From an uncultured Anaerolineaceae bacterium (lineage in GTDB: Bacteria > Chloroflexota > Anaerolineae > Anaerolineales > E44-bin32), in assembly GCA_964528155.1 (NCBI GenBank), contig CAZGRL010000009.1, positions 12,035 to 76,034 on the forward strand: a stretch of DNA of 64,000 nt, in the 5' to 3' direction. Shown here piece after piece: positions 51,783 to 61,654 of this stretch. A program made the position numbers and the translations under genes. The stretch's first letter is position 1, and every line of letters begins with the position of its first letter. The notes below the pieces were generated by a model. The model saw only the letters and a program-made list of their open reading frames with translations, did not search any database and was not told where the DNA came from.

Positions 51783-53873
51783 CTACGAGACCCCTTGAGG
51801 CCCACACAGCGAACGGATCTGATCCGTAATCGGTTCATCACCAACGATCACGAGGACATCTCCAGGTTCGATCGTCGTGTCACCGTGGGGGATGATCTGG
51901 CTCTGGTTTCGCCAGATCGTGGCGATCACGCACTCACGTGGCCAATTGATCTCCCCCACTCGTTTGCCCGCGATCGTCGATGATGTTTCGACGATGATCT
52001 CCTTCGCATCGAGACCAGCAACTGTCTTCGCTCCAGCCTGAATGTTCTCCGATCGGATGGCCGTGCGGCGGGCAAGCGCGATGTCGTACGCGCGGACAAT
52101 GTCGTTGCGTCGGACAACGCCCAGGAGATGTCGCGGATTGCGACGATCGACGACCGGCAGGCGCGACAGGTCACGCGGGGCCATTCGCCGCAAGGCCGTG
52201 CCGACCGTCTCGTCCGGGTAGACCGTGACCATGAGGCGGGTGGCGATGTCCCGGACGAGCAGGTTGGTCTGATCCTCGAACGCTGTCACCGCCCGGCGGT
52301 AGTCCTCCAGCGAGACCACGCCAAACAGCGTCCCGTCATCGCTCAACACCGGAAAGCCATGACGCCCGGTCCGCAGGAATTCCGAGCCGAGTTGGGCGAT
52401 CGGCAGGCTCGGTGGGACGGTCGCCGGCCTTCTGACCATGACCTCGCCCACCTGTACGCTTTCCATCGCATCGATATCCCTTCCGCTCTGCAAACGGATC
52501 CCGCGCAGGGTGAGCTTGAGCGTGTAGATCGAATCGCGATGCAAACGTTCGGAGACCAGATGGCTGACGATCACGCCGGCCATCAACGGGATGATCAGCC
52601 GATAGTCATCCGTCATTTCGAACACGATCAGGATTCCAGTGAAGGGGGCGTGGGCGGCGCCGGCAAAGACGGCGGCCATTCCGACGATGGCGAAGGCCCC
52701 TGGTCCGGCCGTGGCGCCGGGGGCGAATTTCTCGACCAGCAGCCCGAAGGCGCCGCCGAGCGCGGCGCCAGTGAACAATGCCGGGGCGAAGACACCGCCC
52801 GAGTTGCCCGAGCCGAGGGTCAGCGAGGTGGCCACCGGTTTGAGAATCATCAGTGCGACGAGCAATCCGAAGGACAGCTCACCCAGCAGGCTGGCCTCGA
52901 TCACGGGGAATCCCGAACCGAAGATGTGTGGGATGTTCGCCGCCAGGGGAAGGCCGAGCAGACTCTCCTCTTCGGGCACAAATCCCAAGCCGAGGATCAT
53001 CGGGTAGAAAAACGCCAGACAGCCCAGTATCAGGCCGCCGACAGCCGGTTTGATCGCCTCCGGCATTTTCGCCCGATCGAAGCGAGTCTCGATGCCGTAG
53101 AGCATCTTGATGAACCCGACGGCGACGAGCCCTGCCAGGACTCCGAGGAAGGCGAACAGCAGGATCTCCCAGGGCGTGTGGATTTCGTACTTGGGGATGG
53201 AGAAGGCTGGGCGATCCCCGAGAAATATCCGGGCGAGGGTCGAAGCGGTGACGGCCGAGATCACGACGTTGCCCATGTCCCCCAGGCGAAGCTCGCCCAG
53301 GATGATCTCCATGGCGAAGATCACACCGGCGATCGGGGCGTTGAATGTGGCGGCGATCCCCGCCGCCGCCCCGCAGGCGACCAGGTTTCGGATGCGGGCC
53401 TCTGAAAGGTGGAACCACTGGCCGAAGGAGGAGCCAAGCGCGGCGCCCACCTGGACGATCGGGCCCTCTCGCCCGGCTGATCCACCGCTGCCGATACACA
53501 GAGCGGATGCGACCACCTTGGCCAGCACAACTCTTGGGCGAATGCGGCCGCCCTGCACGGCGATCGCCTGCATCACCTCCGGGACACCGTGGCCTTTGGC
53601 TTCGCGGGCGAAGTAGGCAATGATCGGTCCTGCGAGCAGCCCGCCGACTGCCGGTGCGAGGATGAAGATGCCTCGACCGGCGAAACCCAGGAGCGCCTCG
53701 CCTCCCTCGAAGAACACTCGCTGAACGAGGGCGATGAGCTGAATGAAAATGACCGCACCCATGCCGGTTCCGGCTCCAACGATGAGCGCGGTGCCGATCA
53801 GGACCGCCGTTTCCGAGGGTTGGATCCAGTCGAGCAGGTGAGGCGGACGCAGTTTGAGCTTGAGTACGCCCAT
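51783..53873 (-). CDS. ClC-family chloride channel/antiporter with CBS pair and C-terminal TrkA-C (RCK_C) domain
   Basis: Selectivity motifs GHGVPEV, GREGP, and GGVFAP. Two CBS domains. The C-terminal stretch ...ETSSTIAGKRVGEINWPRECVIATIWRNQSQIIPHGDTTIEPGDVLVIVG is the RCK_C domain. The ATG at 53873 overlaps the upstream stop by 1 nt (TGATG). Confidence 0.85.
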   Translation of the reverse strand: MGVLKLKLRPPHLLDWIQPSETAVLIGTALIVGAGTGMGAVIFIQLIALVQRVFFEGGEALLGFAGRGIFILAPAVGGLLAGPIIAYFAREAKGHGVPEVMQAIAVQGGRIRPRVVLAKVVASALCIGSGGSAGREGPIVQVGAALGSSFGQWFHLSEARIRNLVACGAAAGIAATFNAPIAGVIFAMEIILGELRLGDMGNVVISAVTASTLARIFLGDRPAFSIPKYEIHTPWEILLFAFLGVLAGLVAVGFIKMLYGIETRFDRAKMPEAIKPAVGGLILGCLAFFYPMILGLGFVPEEESLLGLPLAANIPHIFGSGFPVIEASLLGELSFGLLVALMILKPVATSLTLGSGNSGGVFAPALFTGAALGGAFGLLVEKFAPGATAGPGAFAIVGMAAVFAGAAHAPFTGILIVFEMTDDYRLIIPLMAGVIVSHLVSERLHRDSIYTLKLTLRGIRLQSGRDIDAMESVQVGEVMVRRPATVPPSLPIAQLGSEFLRTGRHGFPVLSDDGTLFGVVSLEDYRRAVTAFEDQTNLLVRDIATRLMVTVYPDETVGTALRRMAPRDLSRLPVVDRRNPRHLLGVVRRNDIVRAYDIALARRTAIRSENIQAGAKTVAGLDAKEIIVETSSTIAGKRVGEINWPRECVIATIWRNQSQIIPHGDTTIEPGDVLVIVGDEPITDQIRSLCGPQGVS

Positions 53874-55948
53874 CAGTTCTTGTCGCCTGGATCCTCGATC
53901 GACTCGTTCTCTGGAGAGGGCGCGGCGATGCACATCTGGCGGAGCTGCGCACCGGCTTCGCCTTCGGCGACGGCGACGAGCACATCACCGGCGGCGAGGA
54001 CAGTGTCGCCATGCGGGATCAGCACCAAGCGTCCGCGCCGCAAGCTGGCGAGGACACTGTCTCTCGGCCATGTCATTTCGCGCACCCGGTGGCCCACGCA
54101 AGGAGCCCCTGGCTCGATCGCGATTTCTTCTACGTTCATTCCGCCATAAGCCCCGAGACGAACTTGATGGGCGCGATGACGCAGCGCTGCCCTTCGCGTA
54201 AGAGCGATGTTGTATGCCCGCACAATGTGATTCCTGCGGAGCATCCCCAACAGCCGGCTGGGGTCATCTCGCGCGACAACAGGCAGACGGCCAATATCGC
54301 GAGCCCCCATGCGTCGCAATGCATCGGCGATCGTCTCATCAGGGTAGGCTACGAGCAGTTCGCGGCTGCAGATTTCGCCCACCGTCCGGCTTTGGTCTCC
54401 GTTCACGGTGTGAGCGCGGTCGAAGTCGTCGAGCGTGATGACTCCGAAGAGCTTGCCCGCCGAGTCGACGACAGGAATCCCATGCTGCCGCGTGTCCTCC
54501 ATGGTCTGGTAAGCCGTGGCGAGCGGGTCGTTCTCGCGAACGGTTGCCGGATCCGTCTGCATGATCTCCCCGACGGTGATTGTCTCCAGAAGCTCCGTGT
54601 CGCGCCCCTGATGGAGGTGGATTCCTTTGCGAACCAGACTGAGGGTGTAAACGGATTCGCGTTCGATGCGGCGAGAGATGACCAGACTCACGGTAACGGC
54701 GAACATCAAAGGCAGGATGATGCGATAGTCATCCGTCATTTCGAAGAGCAGGATGACGGCCGTGAGCGGGGCGTGGACCGCCGCGGCCAGTAGCGCTGCC
54801 ATGCCCACCATGGCGAAGGCAGCCGGATCGAGACCGAGGGACGGCAAGAGGGCCCGCCCAAGCTGACCATATGCCGCACCCAACGCCGCGCCCAGGAACA
54901 GCGAAGGCGCAAATACGCCGCCGTAGAATCCGCCGCCGATACTGAGTGCAGTCAAGATCAACTTGAAGACCAGCAGGCAGATGAGGAAACTCGCCGCCAG
55001 TGGTTGGTTTGAAAGAAGGACGCTGATCGTATCGTACCCAACGCCAAGCACCTGCGGCAGGGTTAACGCCGCCACGCCCAGCACCGCTCCGGTGGCCGCC
55101 GTCTTCAGCCACGTAGCAATTCGCCAGCCGGCAAAGAGGTCCTGAGCGAGATAGATTGCGCGAGTGTACAGGGCGCCGATTGGACCGGCCAAAATCCCCA
55201 GACCGAGGTAGAGGAGAAGCTCCCAGGTAGAGCCATACGCGTAGGCCGGGACTTTGAAAGCCGGCTGGGCTCCGGCGAGCGCCTGGGTGACGACCGACGA
55301 GATGACCGTCGCTAAGGCCACGACGCCGACGGCACTCCCAGTTAACTCACCCAGCACAATTTCAAGGGCGAAAAAGACGCCGGCGATGGGAGCATTGAAA
55401 GCCGCCGCAATCCCCGCGCCTGCGCCAGCGGCCACCAGCGCTCGAATGCGATCCTCGGAGAGGTGAAGCCACTGGCCCAACATCGAACCAAGGTTGGCGC
55501 CAATCTGCACCGAAGGATCTTCCGGTCCGACCGAGGCCCCGGCGCCAATTGAGAGCGCCGAGGTAAAGGCCTTCACCGGCATACGTCCGTAGCGCAGCCT
55601 GCCGCCGCCCAAGGCGACAGCTTCCATCACGCCGGCCACACCATGATGCCGTTCGTGCCCGATCAAGTAGTGGACAACCAAGCCCACTAAGAGCCCGCCG
55701 ATGATGGGCACTAGGAGCAGGGTCCAGCCGCCGAACCTGGCCAGGGCGCCGCCGAGCCAGTCGAACATGACGATCCGACCGCCGATGACAAGTTGTTTGA
55801 ACGCCCACACGCCGGCGCCGGTCCCCAGCCCCATCGCGATGGCAGTCCCGCTGAGGACGAGCGACTCGGGCGGCTGCCAACGGTTCAACAGGCGAGCCAG
55901 AGCCCCGAGGGATCTGACTTGTGCAGCTGATCGGTACGCCCCTGCCAT
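53873..55948 (-). CDS. ClC-family chloride channel/antiporter paralog with CBS pair and TrkA-C domain
   Basis: Same architecture as its neighbour but with divergent pore motifs: HHGVAGV, GPEDP, and GGVFAP. Confidence 0.85.
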   Translation of the reverse strand: MAGAYRSAAQVRSLGALARLLNRWQPPESLVLSGTAIAMGLGTGAGVWAFKQLVIGGRIVMFDWLGGALARFGGWTLLLVPIIGGLLVGLVVHYLIGHERHHGVAGVMEAVALGGGRLRYGRMPVKAFTSALSIGAGASVGPEDPSVQIGANLGSMLGQWLHLSEDRIRALVAAGAGAGIAAAFNAPIAGVFFALEIVLGELTGSAVGVVALATVISSVVTQALAGAQPAFKVPAYAYGSTWELLLYLGLGILAGPIGALYTRAIYLAQDLFAGWRIATWLKTAATGAVLGVAALTLPQVLGVGYDTISVLLSNQPLAASFLICLLVFKLILTALSIGGGFYGGVFAPSLFLGAALGAAYGQLGRALLPSLGLDPAAFAMVGMAALLAAAVHAPLTAVILLFEMTDDYRIILPLMFAVTVSLVISRRIERESVYTLSLVRKGIHLHQGRDTELLETITVGEIMQTDPATVRENDPLATAYQTMEDTRQHGIPVVDSAGKLFGVITLDDFDRAHTVNGDQSRTVGEICSRELLVAYPDETIADALRRMGARDIGRLPVVARDDPSRLLGMLRRNHIVRAYNIALTRRAALRHRAHQVRLGAYGGMNVEEIAIEPGAPCVGHRVREMTWPRDSVLASLRRGRLVLIPHGDTVLAAGDVLVAVAEGEAGAQLRQMCIAAPSPENESIEDPGDKN

Positions 55949-56185
55949 TGAACGGGAGGGACGGTTCTTCGACTTCCGATCAGGAGCCTTGTGGTCTTTC
56001 TGGTCTGCCGTTTGTACTGTGGTCTCCTTTCTATTTGACTCTGACGGATGGCCGCCTCTCTATCGGCGGTCCGCATCCATTATGGCACCGTGCGTTGAAT
56101 TGAAAAAGGTCTGCGGGCGCGCGAGCGTCGAGGTCATTCGGACTGTGTATGCCCTCGACGCGCGTCCGACCAGGCGAGGATCTGA

Positions 56186-56800
56186 TCAGAGGGTGTAGAT
56201 GGCGAAGACCCCGAAGCCTGCGATGAGAGCTCCAGCCAGCCTGTTGACCCAGATCAGGATCTTCGGTGTGATCCGAGTGCGGAGCAGCCCGACGCCGAGC
56301 GCAAGGGCCAGCCACCAGAAGGCGGATCCGAGGAATACGCCCGCGACAAGTACGCCAGCGTCCTTTGGATTTCCTCCGGCTGTCACTCCCAACCCGGCGA
56401 AGACTGCCAGGAAAGCGATGATTGTGACCGGGTTGGTGATCGTCAACAAGAAGGTCGAGGCATATGCCCCTGCCAGGCCTCCAGGATTCCTGTCGGTTGC
56501 TCGTTCGGCGACTTTGGACAGGAAGATGCGGGTCCCGAGATAACAGAGGTACAGTCCGCCCAGAATGCGAAGCCACTGCTGATTCTTGAGCAGTGCCTGC
56601 GAAAGGAAGGACAGCCCGAACCCGGCGATCGCACCGTACAATCCATCGGCGGTGGCGGCGCCGAGCCCGGATATGAAACCAACCAGGCGACCATCTGCCA
56701 GAGTGCGCCGGATGCACAGCAGCGCGATCGGTCCCACGGGAGCCGCGATCGACAAGCCGATGAGCGCCCCCTGGAAGAGAAGACGGGTCTGCAATGTCAA
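56186..56800 (-). CDS. LysE/RhtB family amino-acid exporter
   Basis: 204 aa with 6 TM helices. N-terminal FQGALIGLSIAAPVGPIALLCIRRTL. Confidence 0.8.
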   Translation of the reverse strand: MTLQTRLLFQGALIGLSIAAPVGPIALLCIRRTLADGRLVGFISGLGAATADGLYGAIAGFGLSFLSQALLKNQQWLRILGGLYLCYLGTRIFLSKVAERATDRNPGGLAGAYASTFLLTITNPVTIIAFLAVFAGLGVTAGGNPKDAGVLVAGVFLGSAFWWLALALGVGLLRTRITPKILIWVNRLAGALIAGFGVFAIYTL

Positions 56801-56842
56801 GCCTTGATCGTGATGGTGGCGGCGGATCGTCGGTCGTGTCGC

Positions 56843-58717
56843 TCAAGAGTCACTGGATCCGAGCGTGACGCGTGACGAGTGAATGCAGTCCGGACTGCCA
56901 ACCAGCATCAAGACATCGCCGTATCTCAGCACCGTATCCCCGTGAGGCACGAGCATGCCGCCGTCGCGGTGGATCCCCAGGACGAGGGCGTCGCCCGGGA
57001 GCCGGACATGTCGCAAGGCGCGTCCGGCGATCGACCGGTTGAGCAACCGAACGTCGGCCAGATCGAGATCCTCGCCCCGATCCACCAACAGGTTGAAGGC
57101 CGTTGGGAAATGCAAGGCGCCCTCGAGGGCCATGATGACCGCCATCGCCGGTTGGACGACACGCACACCTATCTGCTCAAGAGATTGAGCACCAGCCGAG
57201 TCGTCGGCGCGTGCGATCACGGACGGGATCCCGAATTCCCCGATAGCCATCCGACACACTTCGCTCATGACCTCGGGACGTTTGGTCACGGCGAGCAGTG
57301 CTCGCGCAGTGCGAAGCCCGGCCTGCTCGAGCACATGCTGATCCGTCGGGTCGCCGAAGCACACATCAAATCCTTGTTCGGCCAGGCGGGCGAGCTGAGC
57401 CTGATCGGGGCCGATGAAGGTCACTTCTTCTTCGCTCTGGCGAAGCCGCTGTCCGAGGAGGGTGGCCAACTGCCCCGTTCCGAGGATGACGACCCGTCGG
57501 CGGTTCGCCTCAGGTGTCGGCGCCAGGATCCGATTGAAGAGGATCGGAGAGAGAGTGCAGGTGACCATTGCCACAAGGAGCACGGCGGAGTTGGTCGAGG
57601 TGGTAATGATCCCCAGGTCGAGTGCGATGGCCGAGGCGGCAATGATCAGCGATAGCCGGGAGGACAGCAGGACCCCGGCGGCGATGGTCTCGCGCCAGCT
57701 GAAAAGGCTGCGAAAGAGAAATGACGGGAAAAGCTTGATGAGGTACGCGGCGATGACGAGGATCGCCACCAGGATGAGTGACCGCGGTGAAAGCAGCAGC
57801 GCCTGCAGGTCGAATCGTGTACCTGCCATGATGAAGAAGATCGGTATGAAGAAACCGTAGCCGATGGCATCGAGTTTCTCGCGCAACGCGGACTCCTGAC
57901 CTTGCCCACCGACGCTCAAGATGGCGCCGGCGAGAAAGGCTCCGAGGATGACCTCAACTCCCAAGGCCTCAGCCAACACTGCCCAAATGACCATGAGCGC
58001 GAACGCGCCCCGGACATGGATCTGCGCCGTCGCGTGGGCAAGTTCACCGCTGATGCGGGCGATGATCTTGTTGGAGGACACCCAACGGCTGATCCGGGCC
58101 GCCGTCATGAAAGCGCCGAGGAGCGCCAGGAATAGGATAATGTCCAGGCTCAGGCCCCGGCTGATGATGGCGATGGTGATGCTCAGGAGTAGGAGGGTCG
58201 AGAAGTCGCTGATAAGAGATGTAATCAGCAGTGTCTGTCCGTACCCGGTGGACATGAGCTGTCGTTCCTTGAGGATCGGCATCACGATTCCCAAAGAAGT
58301 CGTGCTCAGGATCAGGCCCATCAGGATGGGATTGCTGGCCAGGCCGGAGTTGCTCAGGCCAAGGCCCGCCAGCATCGCCAGCAAGACGGTCAGGCCGAAA
58401 CTGAGCAGAGCGAGCGGAATCGGCCGCTGCCAACGAGGCCGTCCATCACCAACCTCGGAGGCGGTGAAAAGGGTCTGAAAGCTTACCTCCAGGCCGGAGA
58501 GGAACATCAAGAAGGTGAATCCAAACTCGGCCAGAAAGTTCAGGGTTGGGGAGGGTTCAACGAGGTTCAGTCCACTCTGGCCGATGGCAATCCCGGCGAG
58601 GATTTCTCCGACGACGATCGGCAGTCGAACAATCCGTACCCGGCTGGCAAGCAGGGGGACCACCACGGCCAGGCCGGTGATCAGCAGAAGCGGGATGAAT
58701 GTGGATTGCTCTTCCAT
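56843..58717 (-). CDS. Kef-type monovalent cation:proton antiporter with TrkA-N and TrkA-C (RCK) domains
   Basis: The N-terminal about 390 aa form a Na+/H+ exchanger-like TM domain. They are followed by VVILGTGQLATLLGQRL (Rossmann, TrkA-N) and a C-terminal RCK_C (...LPGDALVLGIHRDGGMLVPHGDTVLRYGDVLMLVG). Confidence 0.85.
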   Translation of the reverse strand: MEEQSTFIPLLLITGLAVVVPLLASRVRIVRLPIVVGEILAGIAIGQSGLNLVEPSPTLNFLAEFGFTFLMFLSGLEVSFQTLFTASEVGDGRPRWQRPIPLALLSFGLTVLLAMLAGLGLSNSGLASNPILMGLILSTTSLGIVMPILKERQLMSTGYGQTLLITSLISDFSTLLLLSITIAIISRGLSLDIILFLALLGAFMTAARISRWVSSNKIIARISGELAHATAQIHVRGAFALMVIWAVLAEALGVEVILGAFLAGAILSVGGQGQESALREKLDAIGYGFFIPIFFIMAGTRFDLQALLLSPRSLILVAILVIAAYLIKLFPSFLFRSLFSWRETIAAGVLLSSRLSLIIAASAIALDLGIITTSTNSAVLLVAMVTCTLSPILFNRILAPTPEANRRRVVILGTGQLATLLGQRLRQSEEEVTFIGPDQAQLARLAEQGFDVCFGDPTDQHVLEQAGLRTARALLAVTKRPEVMSEVCRMAIGEFGIPSVIARADDSAGAQSLEQIGVRVVQPAMAVIMALEGALHFPTAFNLLVDRGEDLDLADVRLLNRSIAGRALRHVRLPGDALVLGIHRDGGMLVPHGDTVLRYGDVLMLVGSPDCIHSSRVTLGSSDS

Positions 58718-59383
58718 ATCAGCTCTTCTTGTCGACCGTCAGCTTCACCCCAAACATCATCGAGCCGGTTGAGCAAACCTTTCAATGCCAGGGTTGGCGA
58801 ACTATAGTGGTGTTGTCTGTTGTCGAGCGACCCGACATCCCGGTTGTCCCCGATGCGGTGAGAACATGAAGCGCCATCGTACCATACGCCATGAGATGGC
58901 CCAACCCCCCATGTGTGGCCGTCGCGATTTCGGATTGATGGAAGTTGGTATTGGTGACGGTAGATTGAAACAGCTCAAGGAAATCCCGACGTCGGGGTCG
59001 GTGCAGCTTGATGTTTGGCCAGTGTGATACCCGAGGATCTCAATACGCTTTGGATGGGGTATCTCTACGCCCCGGAGAGGATTGAGATGCGGATCGGGCG
59101 TATGGGAAGGCTGGCTTGGCGGAGATCGGTGGTCGGTCCGAGGAGCGCCCGGCGGCCGCGCACGACCAGGAGCACAATGTGGATTATTCGTCTCACATGA
59201 TCGGCTGATACTTTTGGACGGAGAAGACCGAGTTCATCGGCTCGACTACGGAGCGCGCATTCGACATCGGAACCATGCGGAACCGCCCTCCGATCGTATT
59301 GACCAGAGGGCGGTGATTGCTCCAATACAAGGAATGACTGGATCTTTATTCGAGCATGTGCGAATGAGCCCGACCCGCGCCCC

Positions 59384-60457
59384 TCAGGCGGCTTCGGCCT
59401 CGAGCTCCGGGGTATACGTCCCCGATCGCGCCGCCCCGTTGCACTTTGCACGGTGATAGAAACTCATCTTCGCCGTGGAGACGTTCGTCGGCTTGCCCAT
59501 CCAGGCCTTGAGAACTGGCGCCTGAAGCGCCCGACCGTAGGAGAAGCTCAACTCCCATGGATGCGGGCCCATCGCGTTCATTGCGTTCAAGTTCTCCGTC
59601 GCCTGTTTGGGTGATTGCCCTCCTGATAGGAAGACCACACCAGGCACCGCCGAAGGAACCGTGCGCCTCAGCGACCGGACCGTGGCCTCTGCCACCTCGG
59701 CCAGGCTGGCTTGCTCCGGGCAGTCCTTTCCCGAGATGATCATGTTGGGTTTGAGCAGACTGCCTTCGAGCACGACGCCGTAGTCGTGGAGCATGCTGAA
59801 CACCGCCTGCAGCGTTGCCTCGGTCACCCGGGCGCAACGGCGGATGTCGTGGTCGCCGTCCATCAGGACTTCGGGTTCGACGATCGGGACCAGACCGGCT
59901 TCCTGGCTGAGCGCGGCAAAGCGCGCCAATGCATTCGCATTGGCGGCGATGCACGTCGACGATGGAATGCGATCTCCAATGGTGATGACTGCCCGCCACT
60001 TGGTGAACCTCGCCCCCAGTTCGCGATACTCGCGCAGACGATCGCGCAGTCCGTCCAGGCCCTCGGTGACCTTCTCGCGCGGGAACCCGGCCAGATCCTT
60101 TGCGCCCTTGTCGACCTTGATGCCGGGGATAATGCCTTTCTTGTCGAGGACCTGGGTGAATGGCGTGCCGTCGACAGTGGCCTGCCGTATGGTCTCGTCG
60201 AACAGAATGACGCCGCTGATGTAGTCCTCGGCGCGATCCGTGGTGAACAGTAGCTCGCGATACGCCCGGCGGGTCTCGGTGCTCGACTCGAGTTGGATCA
60301 TGTCGAAGCGCTTCTTGATCGTGCCGGTGCTTTCGTCCGCTGCCAGAATGCCCTTGCTCTCGGCTACGAGCGCCTGGGCCACGCTGTCGAGGCCATATTC
60401 ACTCACAGCTTCCATGAGGGGACGGGCATCCGTCATCTTCACACTAGACTGTGCCAT
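59384..60457 (-). CDS. Fructose-bisphosphate aldolase, class I
   Basis: GILAADESTGTIKKRF, IIPGIKVDKG, the Schiff-base region LLKPNMI, and FLSGGQS...FSYGRALQ. AAAGGA lies 8 nt upstream of the ATG at 60457. An alternative start is at 60484. Confidence 0.85.
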   Translation of the reverse strand: MAQSSVKMTDARPLMEAVSEYGLDSVAQALVAESKGILAADESTGTIKKRFDMIQLESSTETRRAYRELLFTTDRAEDYISGVILFDETIRQATVDGTPFTQVLDKKGIIPGIKVDKGAKDLAGFPREKVTEGLDGLRDRLREYRELGARFTKWRAVITIGDRIPSSTCIAANANALARFAALSQEAGLVPIVEPEVLMDGDHDIRRCARVTEATLQAVFSMLHDYGVVLEGSLLKPNMIISGKDCPEQASLAEVAEATVRSLRRTVPSAVPGVVFLSGGQSPKQATENLNAMNAMGPHPWELSFSYGRALQAPVLKAWMGKPTNVSTAKMSFYHRAKCNGAARSGTYTPELEAEAA

Positions 60458-60697
60458 AGGTGGATCCTTTCTCTCTCCGTTCAATGGTTGTTCCAGTCAT
60501 CCATTCTATCGCAGTTTCCTGCGGCGGTTTCAAGCTACCGTGGAACGGTGGCGCTCCCTGAAGCAACTGGTAACGAGATCCGTGCCCGAGGATTGCGTCC
60601 TGGCCGATCGTGAGTTAAATTCACGAAGACAATATGTCGGCTGAGGGATCTGTAGCCCCTTGGACGACTTGAGCTGCAACACAGTGTAGAGTGAGAG

Positions 60698-61501
60698 ATG
60701 TTCGGAAGACGCCGGCGAGGATTCCTCCGGCAAGCTATCCAAGGATCGCAAGACGTCGAACTCAACTCGCTTGAGGACGAGCTGGCGCGCAAGCAGGAGC
60801 GCATAGCTGACCTGGAGCTTGAACTGTTCGACGCCCAGAACGACTTGCGCCGATTCGAAGCCGAAGTCGAGGGCCGACTGGGGGCAAGTCAACGCCGCCT
60901 GGAAGAGCTCGAGAAAGAACTGGTCCAGGCTCGGCGCCAGGCGGCTCGACGGGCTCAATGGGGAGAGCGGGCGGCGTCGCCCGACTTGATGGTCGACTCG
61001 GTGGATCAGTTCGAACGGACCTGGCGGCGAGATGAATCTATCGAGCCTCCGCCGCCGAAACCGGTCGAGGATGAGGATATCCGGGTGGAGGTCAAGGCGC
61101 TCTACCGGAAGCTCGCCAAACGCTTCCACCCCGATCTGACCACCGACCCTGCGGAGAAGGCCTGGCGAGAAGGAGTCATGGCCGAAGTCAACCAGGCCTA
61201 TGCCGACTCCGATCTCGCAGCCCTGCGCGCCCTTGATAAACGCCCCGACAGGTCTGTCGAGCTGGCGCCGAAAACTCGGGAGCAGATCCTGGCGGAGATC
61301 CTGACGGAGATCAAGCGTCTCGACCGATTGATCCCACAGCTTGAAAGCGAGTTGAGGAGAGTGATCCAGTCGCCCTTGCTTCAGCTCAAGCTGGAAGCGA
61401 CGTTAGCGAGACGGCAGGGGAGGGACCTGCTGGGCGAGATGGCCTCGGAATTGCGAGTGGAGATCGCCCGCCTCGAGGCGGAGTTGGCCAGCTTCTCTTG
61501 A
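60698..61501 (+). CDS. J-domain (DnaJ-like) protein flanked by coiled coils
   Basis: VKALYRKLAKRFHPDLTTDP (HPD motif), with heptad-rich N- and C-terminal regions. Confidence 0.7.
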   Translation: MFGRRRRGFLRQAIQGSQDVELNSLEDELARKQERIADLELELFDAQNDLRRFEAEVEGRLGASQRRLEELEKELVQARRQAARRAQWGERAASPDLMVDSVDQFERTWRRDESIEPPPPKPVEDEDIRVEVKALYRKLAKRFHPDLTTDPAEKAWREGVMAEVNQAYADSDLAALRALDKRPDRSVELAPKTREQILAEILTEIKRLDRLIPQLESELRRVIQSPLLQLKLEATLARRQGRDLLGEMASELRVEIARLEAELASFS

Positions 61502-61654
61502 ACTCTGGCGTCAGACTGTGGCCGTCGCAATAGCAAAACCCGCTGACCGTACGATGACAGCCGATCCATGTTATATCGCAGGCGATCAACCCTTCTTGTT
61601 GCGACTCGTCGAGTGGGAGCCTTTCCAGATGGGACTGCGAATGATGCTTGTTTG

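Noticed and set aside
52128-54012. Large alternative-frame ORFs over the ClC genes: 425 aa on the plus strand (52128-53405) and 377 aa on the minus strand (52879-54012).
   Set aside because: Only the annotated frames give TM helices and ClC/CBS motifs. The alternatives are Arg/Gly/Pro-rich.
55949-56130. A fluoride (crcB-motif) riboswitch upstream of the ClC genes.
   Set aside because: Neither the GAUGGNGUUC element nor the CUGAUGAUNCCUAC element is present on the sense strand. The ClC motifs also keep GREGP-type sequences rather than anything I can tie to the CLC-F type.
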